A stretch of DNA of 64,000 nucleotides from Nitrospirota bacterium. Its GTDB lineage: Bacteria > Nitrospirota > UBA9217. How positions within the stretch are numbered: position 1 is the stretch's first letter; the number at the start of each line of letters is the position of its first letter. Positions 1-9,874 of the stretch are shown in pieces. The notes under the pieces were generated by a model. That model was not told where the DNA came from. It made no database searches and saw nothing but the letters and a program-made list of their open reading frames with translations. The position numbers were made by a program, and so were the translations under genes. Where the stretch lies: NCBI GenBank assembly GCA_035623825.1, contig DASPSR010000008.1, positions 30,480-94,479 of the forward strand, read 5' to 3'.

Positions 1-215
1 CGGAGCCTCTTAAGAAGCACCTCGCTCCCCGGCGCAGTGCTGGTGATCTTCCTGGCCTGTGACGCAACGAGAACATCCATGCCGAGAGATTTCACGATGT
101 AGTGCCGCGCCGCGCGGTCATAGGATACAGCCGCTGCCCTGCACACGCCGTCCGGCTCCAATGTCGCCAGAATCTCCCACGCCTTATCCTCTCCGGGGTT
201 GTTCGTTTCCGCCAT
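1..215 (-). CDS. Hypothetical protein, DUF3786-like N-terminus (partial, runs off the left edge)
   Basis: Manual translation from ATG at 215: MAETNNPGEDKAWEILATLEPDGVCRAAAVSYD..., open to the window edge; divergent from the operon at 669. Family call is from recollection. Confidence 0.55.
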   Translation of the reverse strand, partial: MAETNNPGEDKAWEILATLEPDGVCRAAAVSYDRAARHYIVKSLGMDVLVASQARKITSTAPGSEVLLKRL

Positions 216-384
216 GGCTACCTTCAAAAAGGACCTTTTCGCCGCTGATATTCACAGATAGACCAGATTTATAAAGGCTGAAGAACAACGAGTCAAATAT
301 TTTCCGCGTTCAATAGCATCTTTTCAGTCGTCATAGTTCTTTTTTCCATAGTATCAGATAAGTTTGATTTTTAAAAGCATAATC

Positions 385-558
385 GTGTTCCAAATTTAAA
401 CACGCATAATCTACCCATCTTTAATGCCACATTTCTGAATAAAACAGGTGCGATGAATGAATCCGACGCTGAAAACTAAGGATTTCCTCGAAATTTGCCA
501 TACTTGATGTTGGCCTTTATCCTCGCATGGTGTTCACCAGTGTTCAAATATGAAACAT
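385..558. promoter_or_regulatory. Two palindromic upstream activator-like sites
   Basis: GTGTTCCAAATTTAAACAC (385-403) and GTGTTCAAATATGAAACAT (540-558) share TGTT-N9-AACA and lie upstream of a sigma54 promoter. Confidence 0.55.
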
Positions 559-611
559 CGCCTGCTCCCTCTATTTTGATATTTTCTTATTAAAAACAAT
601 ATGTTATTTCT

Positions 612-627
612 TGGCATTCACGTTGCT
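612..627 (+). promoter_or_regulatory. Sigma54 (-24/-12) promoter
   Basis: TGGCATTCACGTTGCT has GG and GC separated by exactly 10 nt; an AT-rich IHF-like tract lies just upstream. Confidence 0.8.
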
Positions 628-668
628 ATATAAGTGGCACAGAAGCAAATCATATGAGGAGGTCTGTA

Positions 669-1169
669 ATGGGGAAGAGACAGCTTTTATTCGTCACGTA
701 TCGTGATGAAAATATCGAGGAAGGCGTTTCCTACGCCGTCGAGCTCGCCAAGGCGATGTATGAGGATATCACGCTCCTGTTGGTGCAGAAAAGGAGCAAG
801 CTCATGGAAAAGCTTGGGACCCTGATGACAGCAGTGAGCTTTGCCGAGGCCGATGAACATGATACGGCACGGCAGATCATGGCCGGAGTCACTCATAAAG
901 TGCACGGGAACTATGAGAAGAAGCTCGCGGAAGTCATCAAGAAATGTCACGGGGAAGGCATCCAGGTGAATGTCCATAGCACGGACCTGGACGCTGTTAC
1001 CGGCATCCGCACATTTCTGAAGGCGCACGCGGGGATAGACAAGGTCGTTTTAAGCCCGGCGGTGACCGAGGCAGGGAACGTCACCACCAGAGACCTGAAC
1101 CGTCTCGTGCGGACGGCGTCCCGCCCCATCGTTACCATGACCAGGCAGACGTGCGCCGTTGCCGGATAA
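669..1169 (+). CDS. Degenerate universal-stress-like protein of TSUP operons
   Basis: AGGAGG RBS before ATG 669; MTAVSFAEADEHDTARQIM motif; USP-like pattern (LLFVTY...AVELAK...RPIVT). Confidence 0.6.
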   Translation: MGKRQLLFVTYRDENIEEGVSYAVELAKAMYEDITLLLVQKRSKLMEKLGTLMTAVSFAEADEHDTARQIMAGVTHKVHGNYEKKLAEVIKKCHGEGIQVNVHSTDLDAVTGIRTFLKAHAGIDKVVLSPAVTEAGNVTTRDLNRLVRTASRPIVTMTRQTCAVAG

Positions 1170-1250
1170 TGATCGGCATCGCTTGAACACAAGTTTTACT
1201 GGAAAGTCTTAGCTTGCAGTTTACTTTACTATATGAACAGGAGATGAAAA

Positions 1251-2177
1251 ATGTACCTATATCTACCGGTAGCACTGACCAGCATCAATATCCTCATACC
1301 ACTTGGACTGGGACTGGCCGTGGGATTGCTCTCCGGCCTCTTCGGCGTGGGCGGCGGCTTTCTGATGACGCCTCTGCTCATCATGTTCGGCATCCCGTCA
1401 ACGGTCGCCGCGGCGACTGACTCGAACCAGATCGTGGCTGCATCCACTTCTGGCACCTATGCGCACTGGAAGGTCGGGAACGTGGACTTCAAGATGGGGC
1501 TGTACCTCCTCGCAGGCGGGTTTCTCGGCGGGGTCGTGGGCGTCCAGGCGATCAAGCTGCTGCACGCCATGGGCAACGCCGATTTCGTGATCAAGATGAC
1601 CTATGTGCTCATGCTCGGCATCGTGGGCACCTACATGTTCATCGAGAGCCTCCAGAGCATGAAGAAGAAAAAGGGCCCCGCCGTTGAAGAAGTGAAGGAA
1701 AAAAAGGAATCGGCAGTGGGAAAGTTCCTCAAGGCCCTGCCGCTCCAGACCCATTTTGAAAAGTCAGGGATCACCCATTCGGTCCTGGTCCCGATCGTCC
1801 TCGGCGGCTTCGTGGGCGTGCTCGCGGCGATCATGGGCGTGGGCGGCGGTTTCCTGATGGTGCCGATCATGGTCTACATGCTCAGGATGCCCATGCACGT
1901 CGTTGTCGGCACGAGCCTGTTCCAGATCCTGTTTACCTGCATCGAGGTCACGTTCCTTCAGGCCTATACCAACCACAGCGTGGATTTCATCCTGGCGGTC
2001 CTGCTGCTCCTGGGTTCCACGATCGGCGCCCAGGTGGGAGCGGTTTTCGGCAGGAAACTCAAGGCGGACCAGCTCAAGATCCTCCTCGCGGGCATCGTGC
2101 TGGCCGTAACCGTCAAAATCGTATTCGAGCTGACGCTCACACCGTCGCTACTGATTTCACAGGCAGGAGGACACTAA
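1251..2177 (+). CDS. TSUP/TauE/SafE family permease
   Basis: Two GVGGGF(L) repeats and about 8 hydrophobic helices. Confidence 0.9.
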   Translation: MYLYLPVALTSINILIPLGLGLAVGLLSGLFGVGGGFLMTPLLIMFGIPSTVAAATDSNQIVAASTSGTYAHWKVGNVDFKMGLYLLAGGFLGGVVGVQAIKLLHAMGNADFVIKMTYVLMLGIVGTYMFIESLQSMKKKKGPAVEEVKEKKESAVGKFLKALPLQTHFEKSGITHSVLVPIVLGGFVGVLAAIMGVGGGFLMVPIMVYMLRMPMHVVVGTSLFQILFTCIEVTFLQAYTNHSVDFILAVLLLLGSTIGAQVGAVFGRKLKADQLKILLAGIVLAVTVKIVFELTLTPSLLISQAGGH

Positions 2178-2180
2178 TCC

Positions 2181-2987
2181 ATGAAAACGTTCAACGTGAA
2201 ACGAACAAGGTTCAATGTGAAGGGATTCCTCGCTGTCGCCTTCTTGCTGGTCAATTTAGGAGCCGCGGGCACGGCATCTGCCATGCTCACGGCCAAGGCG
2301 AACCATGACCACATCAGCATCGACTTCTTCTATCACGGCAGCACCGTAAGCATCAAGGGAGAAGCCGACCCGGGCGTCGACCTGGTCATTAAAGTGACCG
2401 ACCGCGCGGGCCATCACGTCATGAAACAAAAAGGAAAGGTTGGCGGGCTTCTGTGGATGAACGTGGGAATGCTCAATTTCGAGCGCACGCCGAACTTCTA
2501 CGCCGTCCATAGCACGAGAAAGCTCGAGGACATCTTAAGCCCGGACGAGATGGAGAAATACACCCTCGGGTATCCCGCCCTGGAAAAGCAGGTTGAGGTT
2601 ACGCCGGCCGTGAACGAGGAAGAGAAGGCCAAGTGGTTTGCCGAGTTCGTAAAATACAAGGAAGCCTCAAAGGTCTATGCCTCTTCATACGGGAACATCA
2701 CGACGACGGACACGAAGGACGGGCACATGGAATATTATATCCTGACGGACTGGCCCTACCAGGCGTCGCCCGGCGATTATCTCGTTACGGTCTATGCGGT
2801 CAAGAACGGCAAGGTCGTGGAACAGGCCGAATCAAAGGTGAACGTCGAACAGGTCGGCACGGTCAAGACGCTGGCGACCATGGCCAAGAACAATGCAGCT
2901 TTCTACGGCATCCTTTCGATCGGGATCGCCTTGGGTGCTGGCTTCGGCGTGGGCATGGTGTTCAGGAAGGGCGGAGGTTCCCATTGA
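2181..2987 (+). CDS. TIGR02186-family (Alph_Pro_TM) membrane-anchored periplasmic protein
   Basis: Signal peptide, KGKVGGLLWMN motif and C-terminal TM; usual partner downstream of TSUP. Confidence 0.8.
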   Translation: MKTFNVKRTRFNVKGFLAVAFLLVNLGAAGTASAMLTAKANHDHISIDFFYHGSTVSIKGEADPGVDLVIKVTDRAGHHVMKQKGKVGGLLWMNVGMLNFERTPNFYAVHSTRKLEDILSPDEMEKYTLGYPALEKQVEVTPAVNEEEKAKWFAEFVKYKEASKVYASSYGNITTTDTKDGHMEYYILTDWPYQASPGDYLVTVYAVKNGKVVEQAESKVNVEQVGTVKTLATMAKNNAAFYGILSIGIALGAGFGVGMVFRKGGGSH

Positions 2988-3850
2988 TGTTCAGCTCGAT
3001 TGTAGTGGGATATGACGAGTCGCCGTCGAGCAGGGCGGCGCTCAAAGAAGCTACCCTCTGGATAAAGAACCACGGGGGACAGCTCTTCCTCGTTCACGCG
3101 GTCTACTTCGACCAGGAGGAGTTCACGACTCTGCCTTCCCAGAGGGAGAAGCGATTCGAGATCGGGACGAAAATATGTCTGGAGGCGAAGAAGAGCCTCC
3201 GCGATGAGTACGGCCTGAACGGCAGCATCGAGTCGCTCATGTGCGAGGGCGAGCCGCACGACGTGATCGTGGACATCGCCCGGGGGAAGGATGCAGACCT
3301 TATTGCTCTCGGCACCTACGGCAGGAAAGGGCTCAAGCGGCTGCTCATGGGCAGCGTGACGTCGCAAGTCATCCTGAATTCACCCTGCGATGTGCTCGTG
3401 GTCAAAAAGCCGTGCTCCCAGTGCAGCGGGAGCTACCATTCCCTGCTGGTCCCCTTCGACGGGTCCGAGATGAGCAAAAAGGCGCTGACCCGCGCCTGCG
3501 AATTGTCGAAGGTTGACGGCGCTGAGATCTCGGTCCTGTACGTGATACCCCGGTACGAGGAGATGATGGATTTCTTCAAGACCGAGAACATTAAGAAGAG
3601 TCTCTACCAGGAGGCGGAGAAGATAGTCGAGGGAGCGAAGAGGCTCGCGGCGGGGCTGGGAGTCCCGATCAAGGCGGTTGTGCAGGAAGGCCATGCCGGG
3701 GACAAGGTCGTGGAGATCGCCGACACGATTAGGCATGATCTCATCGTCGTGGGCACCCACGGATGGCGGGGCGTCAACAAGGCGATCATGGGGAGCACGG
3801 TGGAGCGAATCATTGCCTATGCCTCCTGCCCCACGCTGATCGCGAGGTAG
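2987..3850 (+). CDS. Universal stress protein (tandem USP domains)
   Basis: ATG 2987 overlaps the upstream TGA; IVVGYDES, GTYGRKG..MGSVT and GTHGWRG..MGSTV motifs. Confidence 0.9.
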   Translation: MFSSIVVGYDESPSSRAALKEATLWIKNHGGQLFLVHAVYFDQEEFTTLPSQREKRFEIGTKICLEAKKSLRDEYGLNGSIESLMCEGEPHDVIVDIARGKDADLIALGTYGRKGLKRLLMGSVTSQVILNSPCDVLVVKKPCSQCSGSYHSLLVPFDGSEMSKKALTRACELSKVDGAEISVLYVIPRYEEMMDFFKTENIKKSLYQEAEKIVEGAKRLAAGLGVPIKAVVQEGHAGDKVVEIADTIRHDLIVVGTHGWRGVNKAIMGSTVERIIAYASCPTLIAR

Positions 3851-3953
3851 ACGGCGCCTGGCGGCCCGGACGGTCCTTGACGAGGCGAGATGGCGGTTCG
3901 ATGAACTGCGGTATCAGAAAATCATGGCATCATGAGAAGGAGCGTGATATATT

Positions 3954-4376
3954 ATGAGAGGTTTTAGAAAGGTTCTTATCGCACTGAACGGATCCAAACA
4001 GGTCCTGGAACAGGGCATCAGGCTTGCCAAGGACGAAAAGACATGGATCACGGTCGTGAAGGTTGTCCGGCCCTTTGACGGAGAACTCAACCTGACGGGC
4101 ATCAAGAACCTGGGCGATGTCCTGGACGACGGGGCCGCCGAGGCCGTTTCCGTTATCAATGAGGTAGCCGACGCCGAGGGCGCAATGGTCAAGACGCGGC
4201 TGGAATCGGGCGACGTGCCGGACAGGATCGTGGAGGTCGCGGCTGAAGAAAAGTGCGATCTCATCATCATGGGGTCGAAGAAGAAGAAAGGCATCCTGAG
4301 CAGGCTCTTCGGCGATCATGTCGTGGAGAAGGTGATCGACCGCGCGCCCTGCCCGGTATACGTTGTCGGAGTATAG
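3954..4376 (+). CDS. Universal stress protein
   Basis: VLIALNGS, DLIIMGS and FGDHVVEKVIDRAPCPV motifs. Confidence 0.9.
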   Translation: MRGFRKVLIALNGSKQVLEQGIRLAKDEKTWITVVKVVRPFDGELNLTGIKNLGDVLDDGAAEAVSVINEVADAEGAMVKTRLESGDVPDRIVEVAAEEKCDLIIMGSKKKKGILSRLFGDHVVEKVIDRAPCPVYVVGV

Positions 4377-4519
4377 AGAAAAAGGGGTTTGAGTACGGCG
4401 CGACCACGGCTCTGCGCGGTCGCAGCGGGGGATTTCCGGCACGGCGCATCCGTCCGGCATCATGATGATGCAGCAGCCTGAAGCGCTTTGCCCGCAGAGC
4501 GGCTAAAAAAGGAGCAAGT

Positions 4520-4708
4520 ATGTTCGAAGGCTTGGCACAGCCAATGCACCTTATCCTGATACTGCTCATCGTTTTGATCTTCTTCGGCCCGGGGAAGCTC
4601 CCGGAGCTCGGCGAGGGCCTCGGCAAGAGCATCAAGGCGTTCAAGAAGGCGATGAAAGAGGGGCCGGACGCCCCGGCAATAGAAAAGAAAGAGGATAAGA
4701 AAGCTTAA
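4520..4708 (+). CDS. tatA: Twin-arginine translocase TatA/E subunit
   Basis: LIFFGPGKLPELGEGLGKSIKAFKKAM signature; AAGGAG RBS. Confidence 0.92.
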   Translation: MFEGLAQPMHLILILLIVLIFFGPGKLPELGEGLGKSIKAFKKAMKEGPDAPAIEKKEDKKA

Positions 4709-4957
4709 TCCGCGCGGGCGGGACGTTCAAAGAAGCAGCGGATGAAGAAACAGCGGCCTTAAGGGACAAGCGAACGATTGCGTGATCCTGGCAGCTTACA
4801 TTCGACGGATCATTGATTCGGACGGGCAATGCCACACGCCGAAATAGACCTCGCCAACAGCATCTACCGATTTCTCGACACGCCGGACAGATTTCTTTAC
4901 AAAAACGATTAACCACCGTATTATTATATAGTGAGGCAAGGTCAAGGGGCTATTTCC

Positions 4958-6610
4958 ATGATCAGGGATAAATTCAATAGACTGCTCCGTCTGGGGGTCC
5001 TCTCCGAGGTGGATCTGGACTCGATGGAGCGGGAAACGACAGCCACGGGGATAGCGGTCGAGGAGCTGATGATCCGGCAAGGGATCCCGAAACACGAGGT
5101 CCTCTTCTGCCTTTCGGAATATTACGGCTATCCGTTCGTTGAGTTCGATGAGGACGTGGCCGCATCCTATTATCTGGTCATGCGGCTCGACCTGGAGCAC
5201 CAGAAGAGCGCCCTGTGGTTTCCTCTCTCCGTGCGAGAGAAAAAAGCCGAGGTCATCGCCTGCCGTCCCGACGACGAGCGTGTGATCGAAGACATCAAGA
5301 AAACGCTCGGAGTGGAGCAGATCGACTTCCGCGTGTCGCTTCCGACCGACCTCATCCGCATCATCGAGCATAATTTTGACGTGAACCGCAATTTCCTGAT
5401 CTCCGGGGGCCGGACGCCGCTCGCGCGTGTGAGGACGTTCCTCGCCTACCAGCGGTCGACCTACGCGCATTACCGCACGCACTTCGCCAAAGGGCGGACG
5501 GGTCTCGCCTTCATACGGACCGGCGTCTCCTTCATCGTCATCGCCCTTCTGTTTTTGCGCGTCCTGGGGGCCGGGTTCTACGCGCTCCTGGAAGCACCGC
5601 TCTTCGTTGCAGGCGTCATCATGGTCTACGACGGGATCAAATGGTATCTGCCCGCCCGGAAGGTCGCGGGCAGGCCGGTTGACGCCGCCTGCACGGATCC
5701 GACATGGGGCACCTGCGTGCTGAGCGCGGATGTGAGGGACGGCCGCCCGGTCATCACGCGGACAAAAGAGATTAAGGGGGCGGGGGAGCACAGGGCCGAC
5801 TGGGAGAATCTCTCGCCCGTGATGCGGAGAAGGTTCCTGGCCAGCGACCGGACCGATATGGCCGAGGAGCGGACGTCGCTTGCTGGTCACCGGACGAAGC
5901 TCGCCCGGGCGCGGACGGGACTCGCCTTTACCAGGACCGGCATTGCCTTCACCGGTCTCGGCATAGCGCTGATGCGGCAGTTTGAAGCGAGCCGGTGGTC
6001 GGCGTGGTCGGTCTTGGATGTCGCGCTGATCGTCGCGGGCATTCTCATGTCCGCCGAGGGCTTTTACTGGTATTTCGGCGGGCGCAGGTCCGGGATCGAG
6101 GGCTTCCGGTCCGTCATGGCGGGACTCAACAGGGAAACGATCTGGGACCTCGTGTTTCCGCCTGGCCACAAGCGATCGGGGCCAGGCAAGGACAGGCCGG
6201 GTCCGCCGGTCACCGCGAACCAGAAGCCGGGCATCTGGGCCACGACAGGCCACGCCCTGGAACGGACGGTGCTTGCCGACCGCCGCGGCGTCATGGCAAG
6301 GCTCCGAACCGTCATGGCGGTGGCTCGGACGGGGATGGCGTACATCAGGACGGGTATGAGCATTACGTCCGTCGGCGCGGGACTGATGGCCTATTTCGGC
6401 GTCGCCTCGCCGGGCTGGACCGTCTTCAATGCCCTGCTGATCATAGGCGGGCTTCTCCTGGTCGCGGACGGGTACCGCTGGATGCTTCCCGCCGAGCGCA
6501 TGAGGAAGGAGTACCCGTACTGCTACGGGGATATGGAGATAACGATTCCCGATTACGGAAGACCGAACTCTGAATGGGGAACGGTCGTTTTTAACCAATA
6601 TGACGCATGA
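4958..6610 (+). CDS. GspE/PilB N-terminal (T2SSE_N/MshEN-like) domain plus 3 DUF202-like Arg-heptad/TM-hairpin repeats
   Basis: N-terminal LSEYYGYPF...WFPL...IAC.PDD pattern; three RT.LA..RT.LA..RTGLAFxRTG repeats, each followed by two TM helices; no Walker A. Confidence 0.75.
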   Translation: MIRDKFNRLLRLGVLSEVDLDSMERETTATGIAVEELMIRQGIPKHEVLFCLSEYYGYPFVEFDEDVAASYYLVMRLDLEHQKSALWFPLSVREKKAEVIACRPDDERVIEDIKKTLGVEQIDFRVSLPTDLIRIIEHNFDVNRNFLISGGRTPLARVRTFLAYQRSTYAHYRTHFAKGRTGLAFIRTGVSFIVIALLFLRVLGAGFYALLEAPLFVAGVIMVYDGIKWYLPARKVAGRPVDAACTDPTWGTCVLSADVRDGRPVITRTKEIKGAGEHRADWENLSPVMRRRFLASDRTDMAEERTSLAGHRTKLARARTGLAFTRTGIAFTGLGIALMRQFEASRWSAWSVLDVALIVAGILMSAEGFYWYFGGRRSGIEGFRSVMAGLNRETIWDLVFPPGHKRSGPGKDRPGPPVTANQKPGIWATTGHALERTVLADRRGVMARLRTVMAVARTGMAYIRTGMSITSVGAGLMAYFGVASPGWTVFNALLIIGGLLLVADGYRWMLPAERMRKEYPYCYGDMEITIPDYGRPNSEWGTVVFNQYDA

Positions 6611-7838
6611 ACTGAAAAACGATGACCTTTTGGACGCAGCCGTGCAGCAGGGCGTGGAATTTTCCCTTCTGGTCGAAGGGGGGCTCTTAAGCCCTGCCGC
6701 TCTCGAAGAAGCGGCAAGCAGGGCCCAGGCGAGAGGCATCGCTCTCGAAAGGGTGCTGCACAGGGAATACGGCATAGCCAAGCAGGACCTGCTCAAGGCG
6801 CTTTCCGGATACTATAAATGCGCTTCCATCGAATATGACGAAAGGTTGCCGATCCCGCCGGAACTCTTGAATCTCAGCCCCGACTCGCTCTCGACGTACC
6901 AATGGATGCCCGTCATGAAGGACAAATCCGGCACGGTGGTCATCGCCGCGAGGAATCCCGAAAGCCAGGCGATGCGGTCGGACGTAAAAAGATTGATTGC
7001 GGCTGACAGGTTCGAGTTCCGCGTTTCGCTCGACCCTGACATCCAGTGGTACATCCAGGATTTTCTCCATGCGAAGGTGGGGCTCCTGATCGGAACTGAG
7101 CGGACGGGTCTGGCCTTCTGGCGGAACACGATGGCCCAGTGGCGCACGAGGATGGCCTGCTACCGGACCGATCTTGCGAAAGCAAGGACCGGCCTTGCCT
7201 TCATGCGGTGGGGGTTGGGCATGATCGCGCTCTCGAACGCGCTCCTGCAATCGAAGAGCACGAGCAGCAATCCATACCTGTATTTTTCGGTGCTCATCGC
7301 GGGCATCGTCATTTCCTTTTACGGTCTTCCCCAGTATCTGAACGTCCGGAAATCCCGGCTCACTCCTCCTGGCAACCAGACGCTGGTCGAGGTCACGGCG
7401 GCAACGATCCAATTCCTCGAAAATTATCATTTCATCGAGGGTACGGGTACGAGCCGGGAGACGCAGGGAACGATGCTTGCGCGGATGGGCGATTATCTTG
7501 CCGACCATAGCACCTATCTCAGCCCGACCCCGTCGAGCAAGACGCGCACCATGTTCGCCCGTGAGCGGAACGTATTGGCGGCCCAGCGGACGATCGCGGC
7601 CTGCTATCGCACCATCTATGCCCGGGCAAGGACCGGGCTCGCGTTCATCCGGACCGGAATCTCCTTCACGAGCATCGGCATAGGCATTTTGAGTTATTTC
7701 GGGTTCGGCCTGCTCACCTCGTTCAATATCTTGCTCATCGCAGCGGGGCTTCTGATGCTCGCGGACGGCGCGCTCTGGTACTGGCCCGTCAGAAAGGAGC
7801 AAGCGGAAATTCCGAGGGGCATTGCTTATCCCGAGTGA
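6600..7838 (+). CDS. Paralog: T2SSE_N-like domain plus 2 DUF202-like repeats
   Basis: Overlaps the upstream stop; LSGYY...WMPV...VIAARNP pattern; two Arg-heptad repeats with TM hairpins. Confidence 0.75.
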   Translation: MTHELKNDDLLDAAVQQGVEFSLLVEGGLLSPAALEEAASRAQARGIALERVLHREYGIAKQDLLKALSGYYKCASIEYDERLPIPPELLNLSPDSLSTYQWMPVMKDKSGTVVIAARNPESQAMRSDVKRLIAADRFEFRVSLDPDIQWYIQDFLHAKVGLLIGTERTGLAFWRNTMAQWRTRMACYRTDLAKARTGLAFMRWGLGMIALSNALLQSKSTSSNPYLYFSVLIAGIVISFYGLPQYLNVRKSRLTPPGNQTLVEVTAATIQFLENYHFIEGTGTSRETQGTMLARMGDYLADHSTYLSPTPSSKTRTMFARERNVLAAQRTIAACYRTIYARARTGLAFIRTGISFTSIGIGILSYFGFGLLTSFNILLIAAGLLMLADGALWYWPVRKEQAEIPRGIAYPE

Positions 7839-7984
7839 CGGGGCTCAGGGTGCGGTCCCCTGCCGAATGGGGGCTGATGTCCGCGTGAAGAGGGAATCGA
7901 TACACAATCGCCCGCTGTCATCTGTCGACCGCGAACGCCGCGTGAATCGCAGGACGGGGGCGTAATGGACTATATCCAATCAAG

Positions 7985-9424
7985 ATGAAGATCGAAAAGA
8001 AAATCATCGTTACGAACGCGATCAACGCCGGATTGATCATCCTGATCGGCCTCTTTGCGCTTCAGAACATGAACCATGTTCTTACCAAGCTCAGGTTCGT
8101 GGAGATCGCCGACGATTTGAACGCTTCGTTTCTGGAAATGAGGCTTTCGGAGAAGAATTATTTTCTGTACAAGGACAAGACGGCGCTTCCCGCCATCCAA
8201 AGCAACATAGAAAGGACAGCAGCAACGATCAGGGGCGTACGCGAGGATATCATCCGCGCAATCGGCGAAAGCGAACTCGCGAAGCTGACGGGCCACCTCC
8301 AGTCCTATTCGTATGTCGTCGACGAAGCCGCGAGGGGAAATCCGAGCGACACGGAGCTTGAATCGCGGCTCCGGACCGAGGGGAAGGCGCTGAAGGAATT
8401 TTCAGAATCCATCACGAACCTTGAACGGAAGCGCGTCAACGACATCATCGCGAGTTCGAAGTACATTCTGATCTTCTCCTTCTGGGTGATCCTCGCTTTC
8501 GCGCTGCTGATAAGCCATTTTATTTCGCAGAAGATCGTGCGGTCGCTCCGGGAAATCGAGAAGCTGGCGAAATCGATCTCCGGGGGCAATTTCCACAGGA
8601 TAGAAGGGTTCCAGTCGAACGATGAGCTCGGATCGGTCATCACGGCCATCAACTCCATGTCCGAAGAGCTCGGCCACCGCGAAGAGCAGCTCATCCAGTC
8701 CAAGAAGCTCGCATCGCTCGGCATCCTCACGGCAGGGGTGGCCCATGAGCTCACTAACCCCTTGAACAACATCTCGATGATCGCCCAGACCTATGCGGAA
8801 CTGTACGACAAGCTGAGCGGCAGTGAGCGTGTAGAGTTCATGAGCAAGGTCGAGGAGGAGACGGAGCGGATTCGGAAGATCGTCAAGAACCTCCTCGATT
8901 TTTCCAAACCGAAGGACGCTCATCCGAAGGAAGCGGACATCAACGCGGTCATCCAGAAGACGCTTACCCTGATGCAGAACATGATCGACGTCTCAAACGT
9001 CGAAACGACGGTCAATCTCTATAGCGCATTGCCGCATGTATATGTCGATGAGCATCAGATGCAGCAGGTGCTCGTGAACCTCATCACCAACGCGGTCCAG
9101 GCCATGTCGGCGGGAGGCAGGATCGTCATATCGTCGAGGCTCGGGAAAGGCGGGGAATCCGTCGAGGTCGGAGTGGCGGACACGGGCAAAGGCATCCCGC
9201 CCGAGTTCCTGCCGCATATCTTTGACCCCTTTTTCAGTACCAAGGGCGACGGGGGCACCGGCCTTGGGCTGTCGGTCAGTTACGGGATCATCAAGAACCA
9301 TAAAGGAGACATCCGGGTGGAAAGCAAAGTGGGGGTCGGGACGACCTTCACCATCGAGCTGCCGAGGTACAATCAAACAATAGAGGAGAAGATCGATGAA
9401 CAGTCACAGGATCATGGTCATTGA
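7985..9424 (+). CDS. Membrane HAMP sensor histidine kinase
   Basis: 2 TM, HAMP, H-box GVAHELTNPL, N box, DTGKGI, FDPFFSTK and GTGLGL. Confidence 0.92.
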   Translation: MKIEKKIIVTNAINAGLIILIGLFALQNMNHVLTKLRFVEIADDLNASFLEMRLSEKNYFLYKDKTALPAIQSNIERTAATIRGVREDIIRAIGESELAKLTGHLQSYSYVVDEAARGNPSDTELESRLRTEGKALKEFSESITNLERKRVNDIIASSKYILIFSFWVILAFALLISHFISQKIVRSLREIEKLAKSISGGNFHRIEGFQSNDELGSVITAINSMSEELGHREEQLIQSKKLASLGILTAGVAHELTNPLNNISMIAQTYAELYDKLSGSERVEFMSKVEEETERIRKIVKNLLDFSKPKDAHPKEADINAVIQKTLTLMQNMIDVSNVETTVNLYSALPHVYVDEHQMQQVLVNLITNAVQAMSAGGRIVISSRLGKGGESVEVGVADTGKGIPPEFLPHIFDPFFSTKGDGGTGLGLSVSYGIIKNHKGDIRVESKVGVGTTFTIELPRYNQTIEEKIDEQSQDHGH

Positions 9425-9764
9425 CGACGAAAAGATCGTGGGCGACATGGCAAAGCTGTCGCTCGGGCAGGAAGGCTACATTGTCGAGACCTTCCTCAAT
9501 GCCGAGCCGGCGCTGGCGAGGCTCAAAGAGGAGAAATTCAATGTCGTCGTCACCGACTACAAGATGAAGGGCATAGACGGCATGGAGGTCCTGCGGACGG
9601 TGAAGAAGCTGTACCCCGAGACCAAGGTCATCATGATCACTGCCTTCGCCAACCTCGATGCGGCCATCGAGGCCCTTCGGGGTGACGTGCACGACTTTTT
9701 CCCCAAGCCCGTAAAGATCAAGGAGCTGAAGGAATCCATACGGCGCGCGCTGAGCAAGCCCTAG
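9396..9764 (+). CDS. Single-domain response regulator
   Basis: IMVIDDE, VVTDYKM, MITAF and PKP motifs. Confidence 0.9.
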   Translation: MNSHRIMVIDDEKIVGDMAKLSLGQEGYIVETFLNAEPALARLKEEKFNVVVTDYKMKGIDGMEVLRTVKKLYPETKVIMITAFANLDAAIEALRGDVHDFFPKPVKIKELKESIRRALSKP

Positions 9765-9874
9765 CGCCCGATCAGCCCAGAGCGGTGCGCGGACGCTGGG
9801 CGGTCCGGCATGAATGCATGCGGGACGCCTTGGTGCAAAGACGTCTCACCCGCTCCGGTGAATAGGATCAGAAC

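Noticed and set aside
2633-2986. N-terminal extensions in the ORF track (also at 54557, 57417, 51598 and 50679)
   Set aside because: They overlap upstream genes or lack an RBS; better starts exist at 2987, 54779, 57546, 51658 and 50781.
4389-4505. Possible structured leader before tatA (GCTCTGCG/CGCAGAGC pairing)
   Set aside because: An 8-bp GC-rich complement can arise by chance at this GC content; no known motif.
4796-6796. 666-aa minus-strand ORF, and similar long antisense ORFs at 6687-7802, 17783-19357, 22755-24392, 44405-45721 and 52956-54662
   Set aside because: Shadow frames opposite well-supported genes in high-GC DNA; no recognisable motifs.
4958-7838. Calling the pair type II secretion/pilus ATPases (GspE/PilB)
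   Set aside because: Only the N-terminal domain is similar; no Walker A/B motifs and no other T2SS/T4P genes nearby.
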